The translations under genes and the position numbers were made by a program. A stretch of 64,000 bases of DNA from NCBI RefSeq assembly GCF_009914755.1, contig NC_060939.1. One strand, given 5' to 3'. The DNA is from the human T2T-CHM13v2.0 reference genome, Homo sapiens. Of the stretch, positions 13,101 through 28,340 are shown one piece after another; position 1 is the first letter of the stretch; each line of letters starts with the position of its first letter. The notes under the pieces were generated by a model, which was not told the DNA's origin, did no database searches, and saw only the letters and a list, made by a program, of their open reading frames with translations.

Positions 13101-14589
13101 TTATGTACAAAACAGCATTACCTCTACTTAATATAGCATAAAATTTAATGCTCTACAAAGGAGTCTAAGTTCCTAAAAGTAAAATTATTTGCATATTTCA
13201 ATATTAGATTCCTTATTTTGCTTACACAATTTTACACAGGCCTCTCAGATAGTTGCAGTGTCTTTAATCTCATGTTTTCCTTCATGATACTCTCTCTAAC
13301 GAACATCCCATAAGTTTCTCACTCTGCAATATTTCCATTTCTAGTTCTTCCAATTTTTCTAAGGCACAAGTATAGAAAAAAATGCTTAAAGGAAACTTAA
13401 TAAGAGTTACCATATTTCTGTTAAGTTTCCTGACGACATGTTAATGTATATATGGGGAAATAATTTATATAGATGAAAGGGAGAAATCATATATTTCCAT
13501 TATCCTTGACAGTATCATGAAGGGCTTCAAGAAGTAAGTGGCATTTGAGTTGACTCTTAAACTTGGTTCAGTGGTGGACCAAGACATTCCTTGTTTAATA
13601 ATAAGATGAGTAAAGTCACGGGAGAAGAAAAGTGAATGGGTTATCGGTGGCCTGCTGAGTTCTCTGGTGGGATTTGAGTATCAGTGTATCTGATATAACT
13701 ATATCTGATATAACTCACTTTTTTGCTCAAACAAGCCTTAATCAACTAATCAATGCCTTGGTAAGATGGCATAATTCATCCAGTCTCTCCATCCAGTCTC
13801 ACTCTTACATGTGCTACCTGAGCTGCTACAGCTTTACAGCCACAAATCAGTCACTATGTTGATATTCAACCACAGAACTTTCCAAAGTAAACCTAAATGA
13901 AAAGGTGAGCTGCCTCACTTTCTTCTAGTCTGGAAAGAGAGTTGGCCTTAGACACAAACACCTGGAGGCTAAGTGGCTGGCAGCCAGGAAGAGATGGCAG
14001 GAATGGAGACAGATGTCATCTGGGATGCCCATTCTGGGATTCACCCATGACAGTTCCCACTGCTTTTTCTTTTTCTAGCTCCTCCTCCTTCTTGTTCTCT
14101 CCCTAAGAGAAGAAAAAAGATTAAAGAAGATATTTGTCCATCTGAAAATAAACTAGCTTTTTCTCTCCACTACTGCTCCTACAGAGGTTCTGTAGGACAC
14201 AGAAGCCAACTGCATCTAGTTTGATGGAATGTTATGCTGCTGAGCACACAGAGGAATACATTACAGAAAAATTCATTTTGCATGGTAAGAACTGGCCATG
14301 GGCTGTGTCCATTGAAGTGATGTGTCATAAATCTAGTGGCATGTGGCATTTCACATCATGGAATACTCCCCACATCATTGCCAGAATTTCTGGTGCAGCT
14401 AGCTTGAATATTTCCTGTCTACTCCATTCCTACTTCTAATGCCTGGTGACTGAAATGAGGTTCTCTATCACCTCTTACTTGAAACACTGCAAGAATATCT
14501 CAACTGATGATGATGGTGATGATGATAGCTAACTTTCGTTGAGAGCTTTCGATGGGTCAGGCTTTTTTTCTTTTCTGCACATTCATCTT

Positions 14590-16300
<1,711 letters not shown>

Positions 16301-16879
16301 GGGTATATTTTAAACACTTTATAAATAAATAATTTCCCAATAAACCTACAGGATATGTACTATTAGCATTCCCATTATACAGATGAAGGGATTAAGACAC
16401 AGAAAGGTTAAATAAATACTCCTAAGTCATAGCCTTATTAAATGGTGAAGTCAAATTGTTATTGCCTCCAATCTTGTGCCCACTCTCACTCCCCAGCCCC
16501 AGCCAAATTTATTCTCCACAAAGTTAACAGAATGATGGATCTCAAATGCAAACACTGAATCTCTACCACGCAGCAATACCTTAGTACCTGGTATTCACGC
16601 ATTAACTACTTGTTGAAGTGAATTGGTTTAAACTGACAAAGAACTAATGAATAAATCATATTCCCACTTTCTCCTTTGCCATCTTTCAGTTATCTGGCCC
16701 AAGGATCATAAAAGAAATTCCTAGAATGAAATGGGAAGAGAAAGTGAGGATGTTGTCATACCTTTTAGGACTGACGTAAAGATCCCTCTTTTGATATCTG
16801 TCACTATGGCCAGTCTGGATCTACTTATCCCCTCTGCATAGAAGAGGAAACTTCCACCTCTCCATCTGAAATGCTGATG

Positions 16880-19410
16880 TAACAATCTCTCATTATACTC
16901 TCCTACATTCTCCTAACTCTGAGAACCTTTAGCTTCTTTTCTCCAAGAAAATATATAGCCCTTGTGTCCCTACATTTACACTCAGCCTGTCACCCACTTT
17001 GTGTCTTCATTTCCTTCTTTATCTAACTTAGACCCAATGGTTTATTAGCTCAAATACTCCCAAACATGTAGTCTTAACTTCCAAACTCTTGTTACCCTGC
17101 AAACTCTCAGATCTAGAAGAACCCAAGCATCTCACTCCCTCACTGAAATTGCTGAGCACTTTTGGAGAAAATTACACAATGATATGGATGGTTGGCACCA
17201 CAAATCTCCCTTGGCAAGGTTCAGCAATCTTATGACCTGATCTTGATCAGCTCCCTCTCCTATTCCCCTCAACAATGATTTTAAGCTTTTGCCTCTCTCT
17301 TTATGGCCTTTCCCTACCATCCCCTTTCTCTGAGTGCCTCCTACAACTGGGAGAAAATCCAGTGTATCAAGCAGCATCCACATTATTTTCTCAGCCCCAC
17401 ACCACCATTTAATCCATATGTATGCCTGCCTTTACTTTCCTCTTTATGTCTCATTGAGGAGGTGACTTTTAACTTTTATAGAACTTAGCTTATGCTCTAA
17501 ATCCCAGCCTCTCCTACAACCCTCTAATATTCTTTCATTAATTTCTTCTCTCTTTTTCTATATCGTTAATCTCCATTAATTTATGTCTTCTATTTTATTG
17601 CTTTATCTTTAAATATATAAGCTCAGTTCTTTCATCTTAGAAAGCAAAACATGCCCTGATCCTACATCTTCCCTTTATCTACTGTCATATTGCTTTTTTT
17701 CCATGACTAAGATTCTTCAAATTAGTTTACACCCACTGCCTTCACTTTCTCACCTCCCTTTTGTTCCTAACCCACTTCAATCTTCATCTACCCATGCCTT
17801 GCCACTGAAACTGCCTTCTCTGAAGTCATCCATGACCTCTTAGTTGCTAAATCCAATGGGCATTTTTCAGGCCTTATATTTTTTGACTTCTCCCTCCCTC
17901 CCTTCATCTTCTTTTACCTTCAAAAATATTGGTTAGACATTGGGGATACCATAGTGAACCCAAGATACCAGACCTTGTCACCATGGAACACATAGTCTAG
18001 CTGGGGAAACAGACATTAAACCAATCATGACATAATTAACTATTAATGAAGTATAACTGTGATAATGATGCAAAGAAAATTTAAATGTTATTATGAGAAT
18101 AGAGAATGTAGCTTAATCTAGAGGGGAAATGGTCAAGAAAAATTCTCCTGCAGAAGTGGCATTTAAACTGAGATCTGAGAAATGAATAGCAGTTAGCTAA
18201 GTTACAGATGGGGGACAGTGGAGGAAAGAAGAACCTTCCAGACCGAGGAAACAGAATGTGCAAAAGCTCTGAGGTAGGACGAGGCTATACTATTTGAGCA
18301 ATGTAATGGTGGACAACATGACTGGATTAAAGAGAATAAGGGGATTCCAGATGGGGCTGAAGATCGGGGGACAGAAGTGAAATCAGTCAAGGCCTTAGAA
18401 CATTTTAAGAAATGTGGACTTTATCTTAAGAATGGTGGTGGGTTTCCATCAAAGGATTTTGAATAGGAATATGAAGAGATCAGATTTGGCTCCAGAACCC
18501 CCAATGGTGAAGTCCAAATAAAACTAGGGTGGTGGCAGCTGAAACAGAGAGAAACATATGGGTTAAAGATGCATTTAGGGGCATAATTATTAGGCCTTGG
18601 AAATTTATTGGATTTGATACCACTTGTGGAGGCATTGGGGATGAAGAAAAGAAAAATAAATATCAAGGATAAAACCCAATCTCTAGCACAAGCAACTGGG
18701 TGGATGGTAATACCATTTACCAAGACAGTGAACACAGGAGAAGGTGTTTCCTCAGGGGTGAAGATCACGAGTTTAGGGTGCCTCTTGACCTATAGAGATG
18801 TCTACTGGAGAACTGAATGTATAGGTCTAAAGCTCAAATGTAGGTTCTAGGCCAAAAATAGAAAACTGGGGAATCGTCAGCCAATGAAAGGTAACTGAAG
18901 CCAAAGGACTCTATAAGATTGACTGTGGGGAAATGGAAGAGTGAAGAGGGAGAAGCCACATGTCTACTCAGTCACACATACCCTCTGACCTCCAGCCAGG
19001 CTTAACTACCAGTTTTCTGTATGGCCTTATCTTTCTCTCTTTTTTGTTTGTTTGTTTGTTTGTTTCTTTACACATACTATTTCCTCCTGTCATGCCTTTC
19101 TCCTCACCTCTGCCTTAATTCTTATTTATTCCTCAAGACAGTTCAGGTGCCAATTCCTCTACAAAGCTTTTCCTTCTCTTCCCCTGGTCACGTAGTTGCC
19201 TCCCATTCATTAGATGTTGCTTCTATCAGGTCTTATAATTCCCCAAAGATATCTGTAAAATAGCAGTTATTACACTGTAATGTAATGTTAGTCACCCTGC
19301 TAGACTGTAAATGTCTTGAACACAGAACTCTACTTATATCTCATTGAGTCTCAGGGCCTAGCACAGGGCCAGGCACATAATATTTCTCAATGTGTACTTG
19401 AAAGGAAGCA
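16880..19410. mobile_element. L2 fragments in alternating orientation (+ 16880-17890, - 17925-18955, + 18960-19410)
   Basis: L2 motifs ctgaaactgccttctctgaagtcatccatgacctc, antisense gatggtaataccatttaccaagacag, and 3' end tagactgtaaatgtcttga...gcacagggccaggcacata. Confidence 0.7.
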
Positions 19411-19449
19411 AAAAGATTCTTCTAGGAAAAGTTTCCTATGTGAGTCATA

Positions 19450-20100
19450 GAATTCCTGACTATTAAAGCCAGAATGGACCTTGGATATTTTCTACTCCAA
19501 CCTATTTTGCAGGTGAGGAAACTGAGGCCCAATTACAGAGCTAATAAGTGGGAAACAATATTTAGAATCCAGTTTTCCTGGCTCTCAGCATAGTGGTCTT
19601 CCCATTACCTAATAACCAACAAACCCATTGAGTAAGCTATTTACTCAATGACTTGCCCATGAAAATGTATGCTGTGTGGGTCTTTTTCAAACATGGAATA
19701 TTAAATGATAACTATACAGATGCGAATATACAAGCAATTAAAGTGACCTACACAATATAGAACAAATGGAGAATCTAAACTAACAGAAGTGTTGAATTCT
19801 TATATGATTAATAAAAGTAGAAGATGTTAAAATTTTATGAATTGTTCACATGAGGTCCTGTCTAAGCTTAGGGGTAGGGGTGGTATAGGATGTTAACTAT
19901 CCCATTAACAATAATAACTGGTATTTATTGACTGCTCACCATGAGCCAAGTACTAGGATAAATTTCATCATTCATTAATTCCTTTGGTGAGCATGTGAAA
20001 GCCCTATGAGAAGTTTGGAAGTGTGAGTTTGCCTAGGGTCGTGTAGCTGATGAGAGGCTGAGCCAGCATTGCGACCCAGACTGTCTGACTGTAAAGTGAT
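19450..20100. mobile_element. MIR fragments
   Basis: MIR core ttttgcaggtgaggaaactgaggccc at ~19505. A second MIR lies at ~19910-20095. Confidence 0.7.
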
Positions 20101-23100
20101 GTGTGAAGCTGCTGAGCTCTCCTGCCTTCATTATTTAAACCTGTGTGTACTCCCTCCACTTAGGCAGCTCTGGTTGCCACCTTCTTCTCTTTGCCAGTCT
20201 CTTTTAAAAAGGTTAAAAGGGGAAGAGTTGTCCAAAGTCATCCCTAGTTGACAGAAAATAAGTGAAATAAACTATTCTCTCTTTCCCAACCATCTACTTG
20301 GATCTGAAAAAAATATTTAAATGAAAAGATAAAAATGTGTTACACATTCATAAGCTAGGTTCCATTATATTTGGTTTTTTATTAAAAAAAAGAATATATC
20401 ATGGTGCCCTTTCTATTTGTCTGTGTTTCCCTGTAGTTTTTGGTGTTGGTGCTCTTGGATTATAAACTCTAGATGGCAGTGATTAAGTTAAAGTTTTGTG
20501 CAGTCTCTGGACCATGGTATGTATATTGCATAATACATAATAAACACTATTTGTAATTATAATAAGGGTGAGTCTGGAAGCGGTAAACAAGGGTATAAAA
20601 TACATCTTCCTTATGGTTATTATTCCATTTATATGAGAAGTCCACTAAATTCACTGAACCATATCAGGCCACATCTGTTTGAAAACCTACCAGTTTTTAC
20701 GAACATTAAATAAAACTGGTTAGACTTAATGACCATTTATCATATTCATACAAAAATCATGAAATGGAAACTTAGCAGAGAGGAGGCCATTGATAAAGAA
20801 AAAAAGTTTTAAACACCAACAGCTTTGATATATTATTTTTTATATTTAAAAAAATCAAGTATCGGCTATTTTTGCTCCAGAACTTTCTGTAATTGGCGGG
20901 TCTTTTACTTTTGCTGTTGTTTTCTTTCTTGCCTGAGTATTAACCTAAGTAGCATAGATTCAGAAAACATGCCCAAAATATTTATACATGTATTTTCTCA
21001 TGAAAGTTAGATATTTGAACCTTAAGAGAAATAGCTTGGATGAAAAATTTTACCACAGGGAGAAACAGCAAACAGCCTTAAACAGAATCAAGATAAAGCT
21101 GGGGGAGGTGTTGGCTGGGAAGAGGGGGAGGTGACAGGAAATGAAAAAAGTTCTCCCAGTTTCATTTTATAGGTGAAGTAGATTCTACTTGGATTAGACC
21201 TTCTAAGTGACTATGACAGAGGGTAAAGAGAGGTGGAAAGGAAACTTTGAGTGACGTTTCTGACAGCAGGCTACAGAAATAACAATTTGACAGAAGGGGC
21301 CATCATAAATATAAGAACATCTCAGGCATGAATAGGACTTCTTAATGTAAAAAATATGGAGCATGTGTAGGATTCAATTTGGGGTGAAGAGAAGAGCCAG
21401 GTGGGAAGGTTACCTAGAAGCCAGCTATTAGTGTTGAAGTCAAGGAACTCTGGTATCCATTTAAATATTCCTGGTGAACATTTTTTGGAGATTTTGAAGT
21501 ATCTTTCTCAGTTATTCCTATTTATATCTAGTTCTAGCTTGATTGACTGAGCTGACGTGTAACCAATAAATAGAGAAGTTTGGTATTTCTATAAATACAA
21601 AGTTTGTTTTTGTGCCAATACTGGCATCTATTTATCCTGCAGGTAGATGATAGATCTCGTTTTTGCCTAATTAAAACAGACATCACAGATCAAGAACAGA
21701 TCTTCATGTCAGCAAACAGACCAATCACTCTCTTCTTGTTATTTAATAAGAGTTTCATTATCAATGTGCTGGAAGGAAAAATATTAGTAAAAATTCTGCA
21801 TATAGTATTATAAATACTACTGTATTATAGAGGGCAGAAAATGGGAAAGCACCATATAATAAGAAAAATTGGCCTGAAGTTAAAAGCTTTGGGATGTTGT
21901 CAAAAACCAGAGCTAACTAGTTTTATGAATTGGACTAGTCAGTTGCCATCATTAGGCCTCCAATTCTTTGCTGGAATGATAAGAGAAGTTGTCCAAATTA
22001 TTCCTAAAGTCCACCATTCAGCTCTGAAACTCATGACAAGTAAATATTCTATTTTGAATTTTCATTAGGTTAAGGATTTAACAATAAGCTGAAACAGGAT
22101 GACTAACCCATAACATGTTCCAGAAAAATATGAAATGACATGTTGAAGAGCATTTAAATTGAACAAAACAGATTTGTGTGTGTGCCACTATTGATATACA
22201 AATGTTGAATGTGTTTTACTGTATCTACTGAATGTGATTGATAGGAGAGGCATCAATTTCAAGGTTTGTGAATTTAAGTAAATTGTTGTCAGTGGTATAG
22301 CTTCTTAAAAAAATTATATCTTTACAGTGAACAGACAAATTGAGACAGGATATACATAAAGCATCAATTTAGCACAAATATCCACTTACAATTGTGAAAT
22401 ATATATATATATGTAGTTGGGAGTTTTTCAGAAAATTTGAGGAGCATTTTTTAAATTGCTTATGCTTTTTAGAATGCTTAGCATTTCTGTTTTGAAAACA
22501 ACTTGTCTTCCTTTTCAAAATGTATGTGCGAAGCTGGCTCTGATGTCAGAATGAACCATTTTCACAGGATTGGGTCAGCTCCCACTCAACATTTCTTTTA
22601 CAGAAAAGAAGCCGGTGATGAGGCAGTATTTGAGCTCGTTAAATCTCAAACCCCCAGCGTCTTTTCCAAAGCACTACAAAACTCTTACATGTATAATCAC
22701 GAGGAGGAAAAGAAGAGAATATAGTTTGTCTTTAACTAAATTATTAAATCCTTGTTTTGACCCTTTCCTTTCTACCTTGATGCTTTCTGCCTCCACCTTT
22801 CATTTAAATTTCCTCACTTTGGGATGAAAAAGCATGAGTAAGTGTGGTGCATAAAAAGGAAAACAAGCAAATAAATAGAAAACTTGTCTTTTCATCTCTC
22901 CCATTGCTGCTTTCTTTTCCCTCTCATTTCTCTCTGCATCGAACTTCAATTGTGTCTATTTAAATCCTTCCTATACCCAGGATATTTTAGGTTTCCAATA
23001 TTTTTAAACGGAATAAAAATAGTTTAAAAAATGTTAAATGCATGTCACAAATATTTTACAGAAAAACTTGCTTTGAAACATAAGTGAATATCAAGTCGGG

Positions 23101-24763
23101 AAAATAAAAGTTTTCTTCACAAAATCTATAAGTGTCTTCCTTCACTTTAAAAGGTTTTTAAAGCTTATGAAGGAAGCCACTGGAAGCAAGTTCATGTTTA
23201 GCAAGACTAGCCAAAAAAAGAAAAAGAAAAGAAAAAGAAAGAAAATAAACTGATTTAATGGGAGCCCACCCTGGGTCTAATTTCAAAGTTTCCATTTATG
23301 TCATGTCAGATTTGGGGAGACTGAACCCTCATTGAATGCACTGGGCTGACTCTCTCCCATGCCTGATACCCAGGGTTCATGACTGCAGTTCCTGGCACAG
23401 TCATAAATATTCATACCTAGACTAATAATTTGCAAGCCAAATTCATTTGGCTTTTTTCACCTCATCAATCTTATAATTAATAAGGGTGGTGCTCTTGTTT
23501 CACTTTCCTCCAAAAGAAAAGATAAATGAAATAAAGAGTCATCCTGTAAATTTAAATAGGAGTGCCTCTCACTGATTAAAAGCTGATGCTATCATATAAT
23601 GGTGGAAGGGGAGGCTTCAGCTATTTCTCTCACTGGTGGCTGGGGCGAGGTGAGGAGGTGGTGATGGGTAATGCAAAGGAAGCATTTCCAGATGTGGCAG
23701 CATGAGCCTTAATCTGAAGAGTTTGGTTATCTATTAAATAATGCATAGGAGAACGTTGAGATATTATGTTAGAAAAGAGTTGTAGGATATATATTTACAA
23801 ATTGCACTCTTACCTAGTATTTTGATAGATGGACACTTAATGTAGCTGGACATTGAATGTAGCATGCCAATATCCAGAGAATTGGATTCTGAACAGCCTG
23901 CAGTTTCTGCCTGCAGTTTAGAAATTTAGACATATTTTAGAAAATTGTTAAAATTTGCTGATCTTTGAGTCTTCAAAGTAACTGCCTTTGAATTAGTATG
24001 ATAGCTGTGTTCCTAAATCTAATTGGAAAGACATGGTTTCCTCAAAAACATTAAAGGAGGTATATATATATCACAAAATAATTTTACAAATAAATCACAG
24101 TACATACGACACAATGTAAATTGTCTGCTCCTATTGGATTTTCTAAGATCTTTTATAGCAAAGCAGGAGAATCAAATTGAACATAATTTTGAAATAAAAG
24201 TTTGATAATTGAGTTAAGCAGCTTGATCTTGTCAATCACCTGTGACCTTAATCTATTTACACTTCATTTAAACATTCAAAAAGTCCCAAGGCTCATGGAT
24301 AAGCTTCAAAGTATGAACAACGGTCTTCACTCTGTTTTGGTGGGCAATATCAACCCTTTTGAGCAGATTATTTAATCTGTTTTAAAATTAAGAGACCTGG
24401 ATAAATAAAGAAGCAGGAAAAGCTTAACTCTGCAGTTAGGTATTCACTTCTAACTTCTTTGAGGGTAACTTACTTTAAAGATGTGATTATCTGTTATTTT
24501 TGTGTATTGGTTAGTTAGCTTTAAGAACTGTTGATACTTGAGCTATTCCTGAGACCCACCTAATTTATGTAAAGGCAATGGAAGGGGATACTGGGCACTC
24601 TTCATATTCTTTATCTTTAAAGCTTGTATTTAATTGTTTCATTCTTTAAAAACCGACTGTGTTCAGGGCAGTCCCTCTTTAAACATGTCTAAGTGCATTT
24701 GCACAAAAGATATATTTTACTTCTTAATTCTATGTGAATGCAATTACACATGTGATTTACTGC

Positions 24764-24796
<33 letters not shown>

Positions 24797-25584
24797 GAAA
24801 GAAAGAAAGAAGGAAAAAGAAAAACTGCTTTCCTCCGCTGACCTTTAAAAGAGGAGGGTAAATGAGAGAGAGAGAAGCAATACTGACTGACTGGGCCTCC
24901 TAGTGTTTCCCCGACCTGGTCTAGTCAGCGGCTTCCGGGATGAGAATGGTCTGAGATCCTAGAGGCCGTGGTGATCTGGGTAAGTGGCACAGGTGGGGAC
25001 CCCAAGGCGCCTTTACAAGGAGTTCTCAGCTGGTGGGGGAGCTCCGTCCAGGTTTCTTGTAGAGGTGTGGAGGGGGCTAAGAGGGAACTATCTTGTCCTC
25101 ACCCTCTGTCAAACCCTTCTCAACTTTGCTTGGCTGAGGGGGATCATCTTGGAAAACTCACGGTTAGGTAATAAAGTCTCTTTCCTCTCCTACTACTTTT
25201 CAAAAGCAAAATTAGACCCACTTAGAGCTTGTGGGTGTTTCTGGGTCCTTGCTATTGATCTCCCGGGTCACCAAAACAACTCAGCAGCTCCTGCAGGTGT
25301 GTCCTCCGAAGGCATGGGAAGAGAGATCTAGGAATGGCAGAGGCGCAGTGGGAGAGAAAGAGAGAGAGGGGAGAGGGGAGAGAGGAGAGAGACTGGCTCT
25401 GTCACCCTTTCTCCTGCATTCTAAATCTGGCTTGAGAGAGAGGAGAGAGAGAGGACAGAGGAGAGAGACTGGCTCTGACAGTCACTCGTTCTCCTGCATT
25501 CCAAATCTGCTTTTGGAGCCAGAGGCAGCCCTCCATCCTGGTGCCACCCAAATGCTAGACTGCTAGATTGGGCTGGGCCTGAGC

Positions 25585-26177
25585 ACTGCCGAGCGAGCTT
25601 CTCTGCGGGCTGAGCGCTTCAGGAGTTCGACGCGGCCGTCCTCGGCGCAGACTTTCTCGCCGGCGGACGTGGGCTCTGGTGCAGTCACACTGTGGCAGCT
25701 CGGAGGCGCCCGCCCTACGCTGCTTCTCCAGGTCCTGAGAGTCGTGGGGTCCTGAAGACTGGATCTCTTCCTAACTCCATTCCCAAAAGCCCGCGAAGAG
25801 CGTGGGGGAGGGGGAAAGTGAAAAGCACCCTTCACCTCACCCAACCCCCACACCCTCTGTGAGAGGTGGCACTGCAAGGCCCACAGACGGGAGGAGCCTT
25901 GCTCCCTGGCCTGCTGCACCCCAGCTTCCTGTCTCGGGGGAGCCAGCTGTGCTCCTCCTCAGCCGGTGGGGGCGGGGGGGAACCGAGGGGGGTTTGCAAA
26001 TGGATTTTTGCTTGTTTTAACGTTCTTCCCTTTTTTGTGTACATCCAGCTGCTGTGGAGGCGGGCGCGGGCGGCGGGGTAGGAAGGACTGGGATAGGATC
26101 GGGTCAGGGAAGAGGAGACAGCAATTACAGAGCTTTGTGGATGTTTGTGAGCACACGTGCCTAGGTCACCGCATGCG

Positions 26178-26180
<3 letters not shown>
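25585..26180. promoter_or_regulatory. CpG island 1 downstream of MEIS2
   Basis: High GC and dense CpG (gagttcgacgcggccgtcctcggcgc; gcgggcgcgggcggcgggg). Confidence 0.75.
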
Positions 26181-26213
<33 letters not shown>

Positions 26214-26226
26214 TGTGTGTGTGTGT
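26177..26226. repeat. (GT)n microsatellite
   Basis: Directly visible interrupted GT run. Confidence 0.95.
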
Positions 26227-27239
26227 GATGGGGTGGGGGAGAAAGAAAGAGAATGTACAAAGCTAAGGAACCCTAGACCAAATCAGTTTGTGGAGCTCAG
26301 AGACACGCATCAAACCCAGCTACTGTCGCCTCACCTAGGGGTCTGGAATAGACACACCTATTGCTTGGGGTTCATTTAACCCTTTTTGTGCCTCAGTCCC
26401 AAGAACTTTCTTTGTTTTCCAGCACCGGGGAGAGAGGCTGTCGGGAAGAGTGGGGCTGGAGTGGCCGGGCAGAGGTTCACACTAGAGAGCTGGGCTCAGG
26501 GGTGCTGGGCTCTAGGGTGCTGGCTCAGCTGCCAGTGCTCACTCCTCTGGCCAGGCGGCCTGCCCTGTCTCCAACTCTTTCGTCCAGGTGAGAATGAAGG
26601 GCTTTCTTTGCATCGATTTGGGTTTTCTGTAAGAAGGGAAATTATGAGTTGTGATATTTTTATTTTTTAAAATGACGCCTGCTTGAGATTCTGTTCACCT
26701 GGCAAAGTGAAGAGTTTGAAGCTGAGAAGAGTTTGAACAAATGAAGCTGAGAAGACTTTGGACAACGCCAAATAAATACTGTGAATGATAACTTGTGTTA
26801 AGGCTAAAACTTTTGCACAGTGATGGGCACTGGCTCATTACTGGGATAGAAATAGCCCTCACAATACATTGTCTATGTGTGTACACAGTGTACTCAGTAT
26901 CTTCAACATCCCAATTCTCTTGGGTTTCAAAAGGTGATTGGGCTGACACAGTCCAAGAGCCTACTTCTGTGTGTGTTTCAGAGAAATACTTTGGATTAAA
27001 TGGATCAGCATGAAATACACAAAGACAAGCAAAATAGAGGAGGGGGAGAGGAAATTAACATTAATTCTGAGAGAGGTGAGGAGAAAGGGGAACAGGGAGA
27101 AAGAGAGGGAGAGGAGGAGCAGGAGGGAGGGAGGAAGAGAGAGATTTTTCACACGTGCAGACCAAGGGCTTTGAAGCCTTCGACCCTGACCCCCAAACCC
27201 AAGTGCATCTCACAAAACAGGTTCGGCTCATATTTCAGG

Positions 27240-28340
27240 CGGTCTCCTGGCCAGGCGTCCGCGGTCCCCGGGGCCTTAATTCACTCCTGCCCTCTCTGCA
27301 CAATGACTTTCGAACCTGGGAAAATAATTGCATTAGAGCAGATTACTTATCCGTCTTTTTCTGTTCGACAGAAGTCTATTAAACTCAACACAGCCATTAC
27401 CAGCTGAGCTCTAGAGCGCGCCTTCATTAAGAAAATTAAAATCATACTTTTGAACCTAAGCAACGCCTGCGCAGGTCTCAGGAGTCCGCGTCAAATCCCT
27501 GTATTTTCGAGAACTCGATTTTTCCGCGAATCAATGTCTGCTTTTTGGATACCGTAGATCAGGGTGTAAAGATTGAGTGTGATGACAATTTCTCGGAAGA
27601 TAGGGACGTCTGAGCTCTGGAAGTACCATCTCTCTTCTCTATCCCTACCCCCTCCTCCCGCCGCCTCCTTTCCTGGCGTGGCTCTTTTCCCGGGAGCTTT
27701 CCAGTTAGAGGCTGCACACCTGTCCGGGCGTGCCCCGGGATTTGGGTAGCAGGTGGGGGCGGCTGAGGCGACATGGAGGGGATGGCGGGTTCAGGGCCTG
27801 GGAACCCCGGGGGTGAACTTCCTCAGGTGACGTCTGCGGCCGGAGGCCCGCACCGAGTGCACGTGTTTCACACACGCGCGCGCGCACACACGCACCAGAG
27901 CGCGGCGAGGAGACTGTCCCCCTCCATTGCGTTTCACAGCGGCTCCGGGACCAGTGTGGCCTGTGAGCCTTTTGTCCATCCGGGCGTGGGAGCCTGGCCT
28001 GGGAACAGGGCAGGCCGTTGCGTATGCCTCGGACCGGGAGCTTCGGTCCCTTTGGCGGGGTCTTTGGCCTCTAGGGGCCTATCTGGGTTTCCTTCTTGGT
28101 TTGGTAAGAGCAGCAGTAGCGCCAGGTACGCCTTGGAGACTGTAGGCGGAATCGCTCCAGCTCCTGCTCTCTCCCGCGCCCCAGCCCCGGGCGGAGGGAA
28201 CAGGTGGGAACCGCGGGCTGGAAGGAGGGAGACGTCCCCTACCTCCACTCCGGAAGCCTCGGGGTAACGTCTCCCATTGCTCTAGCGGAGTTCAGATCTC
28301 CAATTCCAGTTTCAACTGGAACCCTCACCGGGTCTGTCTG
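27240..28340. promoter_or_regulatory. CpG island 2 downstream of MEIS2
   Basis: Dense CpGs, E-box CACGTG at 27860-27865 and a (CG)n run. Confidence 0.8.

Noticed and set aside
13687-13715. 14-bp direct repeat tatctgatataact x2 (also 17-bp repeat near 23831)
   Set aside because: Simple local slippage duplication with no array structure and no spacers, so not CRISPR-like.
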